Source of the DNA: Candidatus Latescibacterota bacterium
GTDB taxonomy: Bacteria; Latescibacterota; UBA2968; UBA8231
Assembly (NCBI GenBank): GCA_965204725.1
Contig: OZ242005.1
Span: 5,317,244-5,381,243, forward strand
Direction of reading: 5' to 3'
Length of the DNA: 64,000 nucleotides
Positions within the stretch are counted from its first letter, which is position 1. The number at the start of each line of letters is the position of its first letter. This document shows, in pieces, positions 1 to 9,232 of this stretch. The position numbers and the translations under genes are program-made. Below the pieces are notes generated by a model, which saw only the letters and a program-made list of their open reading frames with translations, searched no databases and was not told the DNA's origin.

Positions 1-420
1 GTAGTGGTCAATTTTGTGGAACAGGTTACTGCAAAAGATCATCCTATAAAGTGGCTTGTGCAAAACAAAGCAGTGAGTCGTCAGTACCACACATGGTTTG
101 ATTGGGAGAAGAAGAATGCCAATAGGTTTTTTGGTCTATTTGGAGATTCCTTCAAGAATCACATAGCGGAAAAGGTGAAAATGAGTAACGACGTAGAACT
201 ATCTATACAGGCATTCTTAGAAATTGGCCGTGAGAGAAATCGTCTTGTTCATGGCGACTATGGCAGCTTCTCACTTGAGAAAACCTCCGAAGAAATATAT
301 AAACTCTACTCTGATGCGAAGGCTTTCGTAGAATGGTTCCCAGATGAACTCAATAGGTTCACTGAAGAAGAATCACTGGACAGACGATTACCGCTTGCGG
401 TGGGCAACCGTAGGCCGTAG
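1..420 (+). CDS. HEPN-domain protein (5'-truncated by window edge)
   Basis: Helical AT-rich ORF with RxxxxH motif (RNRLVHG) near the C-terminus; frame is open to the window start. Confidence 0.7.
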   Translation, partial: VVVNFVEQVTAKDHPIKWLVQNKAVSRQYHTWFDWEKKNANRFFGLFGDSFKNHIAEKVKMSNDVELSIQAFLEIGRERNRLVHGDYGSFSLEKTSEEIYKLYSDAKAFVEWFPDELNRFTEEESLDRRLPLAVGNRRP

Positions 421-444
421 GTAGAAAGGCGATGAAGGAAGGCT

Positions 445-1815
445 ATGGCGATGCACAGCGAAATATACGCGGCCTACGCCGCGGCGCGCCCCCGGTCGCA
501 GGAGTATTTTGCGCGCGCTTGCAAGGTGCTCGGCGGCAAGGCGGGGCACGACCTGCGCTACGCAACGCCGGTGCCGCTCTATATCGAGCGGGGGACCGGC
601 GGCCGCAAGTGGGATGTCGATGGCAACGAGTACATCGACTTTTTGCTCGGCAACGGGGCCTTGCTCTTGGGACACGCGCCGGCCGAAGTCGTAGCGGCCA
701 TCGCCGCGGCGGTGGGGCGCGGGACGCACTTTGGCAACGACCATCCACTGCACATCGAATGGGCCGAGCGCATCCAAGCACTGGTTCCCTCGGCCGAACG
801 AGTGCGTTTGGTCAATTCGGGGACGGAGGCGACCTTGCTGGCGCTGCGCTTGGCGCGGGCTTTTACGGGACGCCACAAGGTCCTGCGCTTTGCCGGCCAC
901 TTCCACGGGTGGCACGACGACGTGATGCGCGGGGTGCAGCCCCCCTTTGACGCGGATGGCTCCTTGGGCATTCCCCCGCAGGTGCGCGACCACATAGTCT
1001 GTGTGCCGGCGGGCGATGCGGCCCAAGTCGCCGACATCCTCGATGCAGAGGGCGATATTGCCGCGGCGATTATCGAGCCATCGGGAGGTTCGTGGGGCCG
1101 AGTGCCCTTGGCACCGGAGTTTTTGCGCGACCTGCAAACAATAACCCGCGCCCGCGGGGTGGTGCTGATTTTCGACGAGGTAGTCACCGGCTTTCGCTTC
1201 AGTCCGGGCGGTGCTCAAGTGCTCTACGGGCTGCGGCCGGATCTATCTTGTTTTGCCAAAGTGGTAGCCGGGGGCATGCCCGGCGGGGCTGTGGTAGGAC
1301 GAGCGGACATTATGGAGCTCTTCGATGTGCCAGACGATTCCCGCCCGCACGTGACGCACCAAGGGACCTTCAACGGGGCACCCCTTTCGGCCGCGGCTGG
1401 GATTGCCGTGCTCGAGCGCGTGGCCACGGGCGAGCCGATAGACCGAGCCAACGCCCGCGCCGCTGAGCTGCGTGCTGCTTGGGACGAAGTACTGGAACGC
1501 CGCGGTATCGCTGGGTACGTGTATGGAGTGTGTTCGACCTTTCACGTCTATTTTGAAACCGATCGCCAGCGCGTACAAAAGGCCCATACCCGGGCGGATT
1601 TGCACACCACCGCAGCCGAGCGGCTCAAGGGGATGCCGGGGAAGCTGGTCGAAGAGTACCAGCGCAATTTGCGCTTTTACGGGGTCGATAACATGAGCTC
1701 CACCGGGGGCGTACTCTCGTCTGCACACACGGCCCAAGACATTGAGGAAGCGACCGCGGCGTTTGCCCAAGCGGTTGAGTCGCTCTTGGCCCAAGGGCTG
1801 GTTCTGACGTTGTAG
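445..1815 (+). CDS. Class-III PLP aminotransferase (glutamate-1-semialdehyde aminomutase-like)
   Basis: WDVDGNEYID, NSGTEAT, FHGWHD, LIFDEVVTGFR, PLP lysine in FAKVVAGG, HQGTFNG. Confidence 0.88.
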   Translation: MAMHSEIYAAYAAARPRSQEYFARACKVLGGKAGHDLRYATPVPLYIERGTGGRKWDVDGNEYIDFLLGNGALLLGHAPAEVVAAIAAAVGRGTHFGNDHPLHIEWAERIQALVPSAERVRLVNSGTEATLLALRLARAFTGRHKVLRFAGHFHGWHDDVMRGVQPPFDADGSLGIPPQVRDHIVCVPAGDAAQVADILDAEGDIAAAIIEPSGGSWGRVPLAPEFLRDLQTITRARGVVLIFDEVVTGFRFSPGGAQVLYGLRPDLSCFAKVVAGGMPGGAVVGRADIMELFDVPDDSRPHVTHQGTFNGAPLSAAAGIAVLERVATGEPIDRANARAAELRAAWDEVLERRGIAGYVYGVCSTFHVYFETDRQRVQKAHTRADLHTTAAERLKGMPGKLVEEYQRNLRFYGVDNMSSTGGVLSSAHTAQDIEEATAAFAQAVESLLAQGLVLTL

Positions 1816-1893
1816 CACTGCGGCCTTGCCGCGCAACGCAGCCGTCTGTAGTTTTTTGTTACATTCTCTGCACATTTTCCGCGAGGTACGTCT

Positions 1894-3369
1894 ATGGCCG
1901 AAGTCGTTCGCCACAACTGTGGTCTGACCATAGCTCACTCTCTCCACGACGCCTACCGCTTTATTCATTCGCTCCAGCATCGAGGCCGTGAGGCGGCCGG
2001 CATTGCTGCTGTCGGCGACGACCGCATCGACGTGATCAAGTGGAAGGGCGGGGTTTCGCGCTTCGACGTAACCGATCTCCACAAAATTTTCCTCAGCCCC
2101 AACTACCACACCTACATGGCCCACGTGCGCTACGCCACCCGCGGCTCGAAGGACAAAATCCTCGAGGAGGCGCACCCGCACGTCATCGGCGGCACGGTCG
2201 AACACCGCGACAACCACATCCTGATCTGGGACTGCGACATAGCGGCTGTCCACAACGGCCAAATCGACCGGGTCTTCTTTGAGGACTCGGCGCCCTTGCA
2301 CTTGTATTCGAGTTGCGACACAGAGGCCCTGCTCTACCTCTACCGCGAGCGCGGCGCGTCCAACTTCCTCAAGGAAGTGCCCGGGGCCTATACCTTGGCC
2401 ATTGCCGACAAGCGCGAGCGCGACGTGATCGCGATACGCGATCGCACCGGGATCAAGCCCGGAGTCCTCGGTTGGAAGGACGGCAAGTACGTGATGGCCT
2501 CGGAGGACATCGCCTTCCGCAAAAACGGCGGCGAATACGTCGAAGACTTGGAGCCGGGAGCGATCTACTATCTCACGCCCGAAGGGAACTACAGCAAGGA
2601 AGTCGTGGTCCAGACCAACCCCGCCTATTGCTTTTTTGAATGGAACTACATCACCGACCTCGACTCGATCATCAACGGCGTCAGCGTGCGCCGCATCCGC
2701 GAATCCCTAGGAGAGATGCTCAGTGAGGAATTTCTGCCGCCCGACAGCGATCTAGTTACGTATCTGCCGCGCTGTCCCGAAGTGGCGGCCCGCGCCTACG
2801 CCAAGCAGGCCGAATTGCCCTTTGAACCCGTGTTCTACAAGATGCGCGGCGAGCGCTCGTTTCAAGGTTCAACCGCTGACGATCGCAAGGACTCGATTGG
2901 CCAGAATTTGCACCTTCTGCCCGGGATGGCGCAAAAGCTCAAGGGCAAGACCGTGATCCTGATTGACGACAGCATCGTGCGCGGCAACAATTCCAAGCGG
3001 GCCTGCGACCTGCTCTATGCGGAGGCTGGCGTCGAGCGGGCCTATTTGGTGAGTTACACGCCGCCGATTGGCATCATCGGCGACGATGGCGTACCGAGGG
3101 GATGCACTTTTGGGGTGGATATGCCGCCGGACCCGCCGCAGGGCGACGAGTTTATCGCCCGTGGGCGCACGGCCGAGGCCATTGGTGAGGCGATGGGAAT
3201 GCCCGTGGTTTACTTGTCGCGACAGGGGATGCTAGCGGCCTTTGCCCGCGCTGGCCTGCCCGAGCGCGACTTGTGTACGTACTGCATTGGCGGGCGCATG
3301 CCCTTTGAAGCGGCTGGCTCGCTGATCCAAATCGGCGACAGGCCACAACTCGACTTGTGGCGAGCTTGA
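1894..3369 (+). CDS. purF: Amidophosphoribosyltransferase
   Basis: Short propeptide then CG nucleophile, LQHRGREAAG, HVRYAT, HNG, CFFE, PRPP loop IDDSIVRG, CTFGVDM, CTYC. Confidence 0.9.
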   Translation: MAEVVRHNCGLTIAHSLHDAYRFIHSLQHRGREAAGIAAVGDDRIDVIKWKGGVSRFDVTDLHKIFLSPNYHTYMAHVRYATRGSKDKILEEAHPHVIGGTVEHRDNHILIWDCDIAAVHNGQIDRVFFEDSAPLHLYSSCDTEALLYLYRERGASNFLKEVPGAYTLAIADKRERDVIAIRDRTGIKPGVLGWKDGKYVMASEDIAFRKNGGEYVEDLEPGAIYYLTPEGNYSKEVVVQTNPAYCFFEWNYITDLDSIINGVSVRRIRESLGEMLSEEFLPPDSDLVTYLPRCPEVAARAYAKQAELPFEPVFYKMRGERSFQGSTADDRKDSIGQNLHLLPGMAQKLKGKTVILIDDSIVRGNNSKRACDLLYAEAGVERAYLVSYTPPIGIIGDDGVPRGCTFGVDMPPDPPQGDEFIARGRTAEAIGEAMGMPVVYLSRQGMLAAFARAGLPERDLCTYCIGGRMPFEAAGSLIQIGDRPQLDLWRA

Positions 3370-3457
3370 TGAGCATGGGCGTTGTCTCCGGTCGATTAAT
3401 TTTGCATGATAAGCCCTGAGAGTTGCACTATCAACCGCGAATCCGAGGAGTAGGAAG

Positions 3458-4189
3458 ATGGTAGTCGAAGAAGTACGGCTGTGGAAATTGACCCGCCGCC
3501 ACGTGCGCGAGCGGCTCGAACAGGGCTTGATCAAGGGAGCGATTTTGCCCACTGGCAGCACAGAGCAGCACAACGAGCACTTGGCGATGGAGCACGACAC
3601 CGCCAGCGCGGCGCATGTCGCGCACCAAGCGGCCTTACAGCTCTATCCGCAAGTGGTGGTGGCCACGCCTCTGTCCGTGGGCATCTCTGAGCACTGGATG
3701 GAGTTCCCCGGCACCTTGAGCTTGCGGCCAGAGACCTTTTTTGCCGTGGCCTACGACGTGTGCGAGTCGCTCAAGCGACACGGGATTGAGCACGTCCTGA
3801 TATGCAATGGCCACGCCGGCAACAGCCCCTTAGGCGGCCAAGCCGAGGATTTCAGCAAGCGGCTGGGGATGGACGTGCAGTTTTATTCGTACTGGACAGC
3901 GTATTCGGAGGAGTTGGTCGCCCAAGTGCTGGAGTCGGGGGACTGCCCGGCGCACGCGGCCGAGTTTGAGACCTCGTTTGCCATGGCGGCTTTTCCCGAG
4001 AACGTGCAGTGGAAAGGGGTTGATTACGCAGGGGCCAACCTCGACATCAAGAGCGAAAGCTACGCTCCGCGCGACCCGATCTACTTCAAGGCGGGCCGCG
4101 ACTTGGCCACGCCCAAGAAAGGCCGGGTGATGGCCGATGTGGCCATTGACTGGGTCGCGGCTAAGATGCAGGCGATGATCGACGCTTAG
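3458..4189 (+). CDS. Creatininase/creatinine amidohydrolase family protein
   Basis: PTGSTEQH, GISEH...FPGTLSL, NGHAGN, HAAEFETS; GGAG-containing RBS upstream. Confidence 0.88.
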   Translation: MVVEEVRLWKLTRRHVRERLEQGLIKGAILPTGSTEQHNEHLAMEHDTASAAHVAHQAALQLYPQVVVATPLSVGISEHWMEFPGTLSLRPETFFAVAYDVCESLKRHGIEHVLICNGHAGNSPLGGQAEDFSKRLGMDVQFYSYWTAYSEELVAQVLESGDCPAHAAEFETSFAMAAFPENVQWKGVDYAGANLDIKSESYAPRDPIYFKAGRDLATPKKGRVMADVAIDWVAAKMQAMIDA

Positions 4190-4249
4190 GGAAGGCCGGG
4201 CTGGGCCTACGCAGTCGAACAGGGATTCGCAATCGCGTCGCTCAGTCCC

Positions 4250-4277
4250 TTGACAAAGACTGGCCGTATGGTACTGT
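4250..4277 (+). promoter_or_regulatory. Putative sigma70 promoter for the repeat gene
   Basis: TTGACA (4250-4255), 16-nt spacer ending TGG, TACTGT (4272-4277); AAGGAG RBS before ATG 4315. Confidence 0.5.
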
Positions 4278-4314
4278 TGGGTATGACCTTAACCCAATAG
4301 GAAGGAGATGCGCT

Positions 4315-4863
4315 ATGACCGAGGTTACGGAGCGAGTTGCTCGGCTCGAAGGAGCATATAACCATCTGGCGACCAAGGAAGATATGGCCAAACTCAGAGC
4401 CGCCACAAAAGCCGACATCGCCGAACTCAAAGCCGCTACCAAGGAGGATATTGCCGAACTCAAAGCCGCTACTCAAGCCGACATCGCCGAACTCAAAGTA
4501 GCCACCAAGGAAGATATTGCTGAACTCAAAGTAGCCACCCAAGCCGACATTGCTGAACTCAAAGCCGCTACCCAAGCCGATATTGCTGAACTCAAAGCCG
4601 CCACTCAAGCCGATATTGCCGAACTCAAAGCCGCTACTCAAGCCGACATCGCCGAACTCAAAGCCGCCACTCAAGCCGATATTGCTGAACTCAAAGTAGC
4701 CACCAAGGAAGATATGCAGGCGTTGAACGCCGACTTGACGAAAAAGATCGGGACTGTGGAGCAAGAGATCGCCGGCTTAAAAGGCAGTGCCAAGACGCTA
4801 GCAATAGCAATTAGTGTGGGGCTAGTTGTAGTTCAGCTTATTCTCAAGTACGCCCTCCCATAG
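4315..4863 (+). CDS. Coiled-coil repeat protein with C-terminal membrane anchor (DUF1640/CCDC90-like)
   Basis: Eleven 11-aa units AT(K/Q)xDIAELK(A/V); hydrophobic C-terminus LAIAISVGLVVVQLIL; strong RBS. Confidence 0.75.
   Translation: MTEVTERVARLEGAYNHLATKEDMAKLRAATKADIAELKAATKEDIAELKAATQADIAELKVATKEDIAELKVATQADIAELKAATQADIAELKAATQADIAELKAATQADIAELKAATQADIAELKVATKEDMQALNADLTKKIGTVEQEIAGLKGSAKTLAIAISVGLVVVQLILKYALP
4369..4731 (+). repeat. 33-bp coding tandem repeat, 11 copies
   Basis: Consensus ~gcyacycaagccgayatygcygaactcaaagcc, contiguous, variation mostly at third codon positions. Confidence 0.95.
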
Positions 4864-4880
4864 CCCCACATATTGCTCTA

Positions 4881-4921
4881 AAAAACAAACGCCCTGCTCC
4901 CCGAAGGAAGCAGGGCGTTTG
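4881..4921 (-). terminator. Intrinsic terminator downstream of vapC, probably bidirectional
   Basis: Stem caaacgccctgct/agcagggcgtttg, C-TTCG-G loop on minus strand, followed by a T run; lies between convergent genes. Confidence 0.8.
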
Positions 4922-5019
4922 CATACCCTGAAGAAGCGGTCGCAGCTTTTAGTACGCGGCCTTGATCTGGCCCCAGCTCACATCCTCGAAGGCTCTAGCC
5001 CGGCCAACACCACATCGTT
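4883..5019. repeat. Degenerate direct-repeat copy of 5822-5993 (3' end of 5892-6803 gene plus terminator)
   Basis: Shared aaacaaacgccctgctccccgaaggaagcagggcgtttgcataccctgaa and gcagcttttagtacgcggccttgatctggccccagctcac; 31-nt internal deletion. Confidence 0.93.
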
Positions 5020-5034
5020 AGCCGCGGCCGACTG

Positions 5035-5445
5035 TTACCGCTCTTCAACCAAAAAACCTTCAAGTGAAATCGCGGTCTCGGGAAAAGCCGTTAAAATTCT
5101 TCGATCTGAAGTGACCAGAGGTACACTTAAATTCTGCGCCAGAGCAACAAATTCGCAGTCATAAGCCGAGCATTTCGACGAAATTGCCAACTTCATAACC
5201 GACACAGAAGAAACTGTATGTTCTCGTTCCTGCATAATTTCTTCCGCATTTCTGAGAAGGTCAATCGCGTGATCTAAGTCGAAAATTTCCCGCCTAACGT
5301 ACAACGACAAAAGATTGCGAAATTCACTGCGCCAGAGCAATGGGGCTGCCCATTCAGCATCCAGTCGCTTTACCGCTTCTGCCTGTTGTGTCCATTCGCC
5401 ACTAATCAGCAAATAAGCGATTAAATTTGTATCGGCAACAATCAA
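5035..5445 (-). CDS. vapC: VapC-family PIN-domain toxin
   Basis: MIVADTN, SEFRN, SAYDCEFVALA, LVTSD: PIN acidic residues; 4-bp overlap with upstream antitoxin. Confidence 0.92.
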   Translation of the reverse strand: MIVADTNLIAYLLISGEWTQQAEAVKRLDAEWAAPLLWRSEFRNLLSLYVRREIFDLDHAIDLLRNAEEIMQEREHTVSSVSVMKLAISSKCSAYDCEFVALAQNLSVPLVTSDRRILTAFPETAISLEGFLVEER

Positions 5446-5690
5446 GGACGCCCTTCCTCTTTGGCTTCTCTCAAAAATTCATCCGTCAGAGGCGGCGCAT
5501 CCGAAACTCGATTTCTCAATTCCTCTAATTTTTTCAGCAATTCTTCCGTACTCTCGCGCTGGCGGATCAAAACTTCCTCCAGGCAGCCGATTACCTCGCT
5601 GTTCATACTGCGACGATGTGCGGCAGCACGCACCTTTAGTTTTTCATAAAGTTTGGGCGGCATATTCTTTATCGTAACATTGATAGCCAA
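5442..5690 (-). CDS. Ribbon-helix-helix (FitA/Arc-like) antitoxin
   Basis: NVTIKNMPPKLYEKLKVRAAAHRRSMNSE; TTG start at 5690 with GAGG RBS, shorter than the ORF track. Confidence 0.85.
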   Translation of the reverse strand: MAINVTIKNMPPKLYEKLKVRAAAHRRSMNSEVIGCLEEVLIRQRESTEELLKKLEELRNRVSDAPPLTDEFLREAKEEGRP

Positions 5691-5821
5691 AGCAACCCTC
5701 CGCAATACGACCGAAAAAGGAACCTTTGCAAAAGCTACGCGCTCAATGACTCCGGTCAACACGTCATGTCCATTGTAAAACGTTTGCTTCGCTGCGCTTC
5801 ATCTCCTTGCCTCTGCCGCCC

Positions 5822-5860
5822 AAACAAACGCCCTGCTCCCCGAAGGAAGCAGGGCGTTTG
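5822..5860 (-). terminator. Intrinsic terminator of the 5892-6803 gene
   Basis: Same hairpin as 4886-4921, ~30 nt past the stop codon. Confidence 0.75.
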
Positions 5861-5891
5861 CATACCCTGAAAAAGCAGTCGCACGCAGCTT

Positions 5892-6803
5892 TTAGTACGC
5901 GGCCTTGATCTGGCCCCAGCTCACGTCCTCGACCGAAGTCCCGGCACCTGCGGCCTCCATCGAAGGCTCTAGCGGAGCCAACACCACGTCGTTGGTGGCC
6001 GTGCAGCACATTTCCGGCGACATGGTCCAGAAGCCTTGATAGCTTTCGAGCGCACACTCGGTGCATGGCTCGTCGAAGTCGCCCACGGTCACAGACGAGT
6101 GGATGATCTCCTCTTCCGCGAGGTCGAAAATCACAGCCTGATCGGGAGTAGCCGACTCATCGTTGGGCAGCGAGGTGATTGGGGTGATGGCCAACTCGTA
6201 ATAATAGGTGCTCTCGCCGAACTGCTCGCCGTCGTAACCCCAGCCGAAATCGATAAAGTCGCTGCCATCCACAAACCACTCCAGTGCGCGCACCGGGCGG
6301 TAGAACTGATAGGCCCCTTCCACCGGCGGCACGGCCCACTTGTAGCTAAAGTTGTTGGCCGGCTCGCCTTCGAGGTTGTGCTCCTCGGTCGGCGTGTGGT
6401 CCGGGTTGACCTCTACTTCCCAAGCGTCATCCTGCCAGAAGGCCGAGGGATTTTCGCGGTCTAGGTTGTGGACATTGTCGAAAACCTCGGACATGTAGTA
6501 GAGCTTGTTCGCGCTGTCGTTCCAGCCGATGAGGTGGCGGATGTTGATGTCGCTGACATCGATCTCGCCGCGGCCTACGGGCTGGATGTCGGCTACTGGC
6601 GAATAGAGGCGGTCGTTGCGGATCGTGTACGGATCAATCGGCACGACGTCCCAGTCCGACAGGTCGCCGTCCATCGTGGGGACGAGGTTGTCGGGGAACT
6701 GCACGGCGAAGTAGAGCTCGCCGGGAGGAGCGTGGCCAAAGGACGTACCGCACAGGCCCATGACCAAAGCTGCGGCTAAAACGAATTTGGTCCGTTCTTG
6801 CAT
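5892..6803 (-). CDS. Secreted acidic protein, DOMON/CBM9-like domain, C-terminal SWGxIK motif
   Basis: Signal peptide; PTMDGDLSDW, WQDDAWEV; ends TSVEDVSWGQIKAAY; AAGGAGG RBS. Confidence 0.7.
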   Translation of the reverse strand: MQERTKFVLAAALVMGLCGTSFGHAPPGELYFAVQFPDNLVPTMDGDLSDWDVVPIDPYTIRNDRLYSPVADIQPVGRGEIDVSDINIRHLIGWNDSANKLYYMSEVFDNVHNLDRENPSAFWQDDAWEVEVNPDHTPTEEHNLEGEPANNFSYKWAVPPVEGAYQFYRPVRALEWFVDGSDFIDFGWGYDGEQFGESTYYYELAITPITSLPNDESATPDQAVIFDLAEEEIIHSSVTVGDFDEPCTECALESYQGFWTMSPEMCCTATNDVVLAPLEPSMEAAGAGTSVEDVSWGQIKAAY

Positions 6804-6838
6804 GACGAAAAACCCTCCTTAGGAGAAGTGAGAAATGC

Positions 6839-6896
6839 TGTATAAACAAATGTTTACACAAACTTTCACTAGGCTATTAATAGCTCAATTGTGAGC
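6839..6896. promoter_or_regulatory. Cluster of palindromes (candidate operators) in an AT-rich upstream region
   Basis: TGTATAAACA-AA-TGTTTACACA (6839-6860), GCTATTAATAGC (6873-6884), GCTCAATTGTGAGC (6883-6896). Confidence 0.45.
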
Positions 6897-6904
6897 AAAG
6901 TTAC

Positions 6905-6936
6905 AAAAAAAGCGGCGCGGGAACAAGCCCCGCCGC
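6905..6936 (-). terminator. Intrinsic terminator after the 6968-9088 gene
   Basis: GC-rich imperfect hairpin followed by T7 on the minus strand. Confidence 0.6.
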
Positions 6937-6967
6937 GCCCGATGTCCGAGTTTTTCCGCAACACCTG

Positions 6968-9088
6968 TCAATACGCGACCGCGAGGATGCCGGCGCGTTC
7001 CTCTTGCTCTTCTAATTGCAGCCGCCAGATATAGGTGCCCGGGGGCACGAGTTGCTGAGCGGCGTCGCGGCCGTCCCAGCGATGGGCAAATTCGCCGCTG
7101 CGTGCGGCAATGGGCGGCAGCTCGACCACGAGCTGGCCGGCGAGGTTGTAAATAGCCAGCCGCACCCGGCGGATGGCCGTAACCTCGCGCAACTTGTAGG
7201 CAATTTCCAAGGTCTCGTTCAGCCCATCGCCATTCGGAGTAAGCGGGTTGGACGTCACCGCAATATCGACGAGGAGCCGGCCGCCAACGGGCGTGTTGAC
7301 CGCGAGCGCATCGCCCGAAAAGCGAAAGGTGGCGTTGCCCGGGCGGATTTGCTGTTTGATCTGATCGGGGTCGTTGCTGTCGAAGACCCAGCCCGAAAAC
7401 TCGGTGCCAAAGCGCAAGACCGGCACCACAAAGCGCACTTCGAGCTGTTTGAAGCTGTCGTCTTCGCCTTGCAGGCGGGGAAAGGACACCACGAGGCGGT
7501 CCGCTTGGATGTCGGGGACAAAGGCGTCCAAGTCGAGTCTGGTGCCGTCGCGTTTAACTTCAGAGACGGATTGGACTTGGGCGTGGGTGCGGATTTCGAG
7601 CTGGTCGAAGCCCGTGTCTTCGGCGCTGAATTCCGGCCGGACGATGTACGTAAACTCCCTCGGCGCGAAGGAATCAACGGCAATGGGCCACACCTCGCCG
7701 AGGATTTCGCGGGCGGCCGGTGCATTGCCGAATTGGAGCGCGAGTGAGCGGATGCGGGGCGCGGTGGTAAAGGTAGAGAACAGGCGAAAGGAGAGCTGGA
7801 TGTAGCGGCTCGGCCCGGGCGACAAAAGCGGCGTACCGTCGCGCCACGCCTCAGCCGGCGCCGCGCTGTCGCGCAAGCCCGCGGCAAAGTCGTAGGGCGG
7901 CGACCAGAAGCTCCAGTTGTCGGTGTCGTACACCGTGGGCAGGCGGCCAGACGGATCGAGCTTTTCATAAGCGGCCAAGGTGATGGGGCGGACGTCGCCG
8001 TTAATGTTTTCGGCGAAATAGAGGCTGGGGTCGGGCGAGTTACCAGTGCGGGTGCGGACCTCAATGCGGGTGCCCTCGGGCACCTCGGCGTCCCAGCGAA
8101 TTTTGCCCCAGTTGATCGGCTGGCCAAAGTCGAGAATCTGGGTGACGAGGACGGTCTCCTCGACAAAGCCCTCGCCGTACACCTCGAACTCGGCGACCTC
8201 CCAGTCGCGCAAGGGGAAGGCTTGGGCCGTGATCCAGCGGATTGACTCGGTGGGAAAGCGCAGTTCAACTACGGGCTCGAGGTTTTCGCGGTTGGATTCG
8301 AGCACCTCTAGCTCCGGGTCTTGGGTGCGGACCCAGCGCAGACCCTTGGTGACGCGGCTGACTCGGTCGCAGGAGCTGTTAGCAAAGCTCACGGTGTTAT
8401 CGCCTTTACGGATTTCATACCAAGCGAGAAAGTTGCTGGCAAAGCTATCTACGCCAAAGGTTTCCAACAGGGGACGAGGCTCGGTGAATTCGTCAATGAG
8501 CAGTAGGTCGTCCTCTTGGCCGAGCCGGGGAAAGAAGCGGATGCGGTTGACGGGCACGGCCGCCCGAAAATCTATGACAACCGCTTCTTTCCAGCCTTCG
8601 CCGGTGACCCCAGCGATGATCGTGCCGCCACTGAATATGCCTTGACCTGGGGTGAAGCGGCGGAAGTGAGCGGTGGTCACATCGCCATCGAATTGCTTCT
8701 TCACGGCGCGGATCTGGTCGTCAAGGGCCGAGCAACCGTCGGTCGTCAGGACCTCACCGCCGATATAGGGCAGGGGAATTTTGATGGCCGAGGAATTGGG
8801 ATCGGTCCGAGTCAGGTTGACCAATGGATCGATGAAGCGCGGCCCGATGGCATCGGCGGCAAAGTCGATGAGGGTGTCGGCGGCCGCGCCGTGGGGCGTG
8901 ACGCCCACCAGTTCGGTGCTCGCACGCTGGCCCTCGGCATCAAAGAACCAGTACTCGCCGGCCCCTTCTTCCGACAGCAGGCTGGTCCAAGGATTGCCGT
9001 CGGCCCCTCCGACGCGAAACTCCCCGCGGCTGTGCGCCGGCACCATGGACAGGACGAGCAGGAAACACAAAGCGATGATGCGCTGCAT
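6968..9088 (-). CDS. Secreted protein with C-terminal FlgD-Ig/CHU_C-like domain
   Basis: Signal peptide; NPLTPNGDGLNE...IYNLAG...WDGRD...VPPGTY; ends VAY. Confidence 0.78.
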   Translation of the reverse strand: MQRIIALCFLLVLSMVPAHSRGEFRVGGADGNPWTSLLSEEGAGEYWFFDAEGQRASTELVGVTPHGAAADTLIDFAADAIGPRFIDPLVNLTRTDPNSSAIKIPLPYIGGEVLTTDGCSALDDQIRAVKKQFDGDVTTAHFRRFTPGQGIFSGGTIIAGVTGEGWKEAVVIDFRAAVPVNRIRFFPRLGQEDDLLLIDEFTEPRPLLETFGVDSFASNFLAWYEIRKGDNTVSFANSSCDRVSRVTKGLRWVRTQDPELEVLESNRENLEPVVELRFPTESIRWITAQAFPLRDWEVAEFEVYGEGFVEETVLVTQILDFGQPINWGKIRWDAEVPEGTRIEVRTRTGNSPDPSLYFAENINGDVRPITLAAYEKLDPSGRLPTVYDTDNWSFWSPPYDFAAGLRDSAAPAEAWRDGTPLLSPGPSRYIQLSFRLFSTFTTAPRIRSLALQFGNAPAAREILGEVWPIAVDSFAPREFTYIVRPEFSAEDTGFDQLEIRTHAQVQSVSEVKRDGTRLDLDAFVPDIQADRLVVSFPRLQGEDDSFKQLEVRFVVPVLRFGTEFSGWVFDSNDPDQIKQQIRPGNATFRFSGDALAVNTPVGGRLLVDIAVTSNPLTPNGDGLNETLEIAYKLREVTAIRRVRLAIYNLAGQLVVELPPIAARSGEFAHRWDGRDAAQQLVPPGTYIWRLQLEEQEERAGILAVAY

Positions 9089-9232
9089 GGGTCTCTTCCT
9101 TGAGTTGCCGGTAATATAAAAAGAGAAGCGGGCCGTTTAGCAAGTTCAGATCTGGGCAGGGCGAGCCGCGCTCAACTTGATTTATGCCCGTACTTTGGTT
9201 GTCTTATGCCGCAAATCGCACGGAGGATTGCA

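Noticed and set aside
445-1815. Assigning hemL
   Set aside because: Family is clear but the protein is divergent and lacks tetrapyrrole gene context
4369-4731. 33-bp repeats as a CRISPR array
   Set aside because: Contiguous units without spacers, in frame, with synonymous variation; no cas genes
4207-4764. Antisense repeat ORF (GFEFSNIGL)
   Set aside because: Shadow of the plus-strand repeat gene, which has the promoter, RBS and TM anchor
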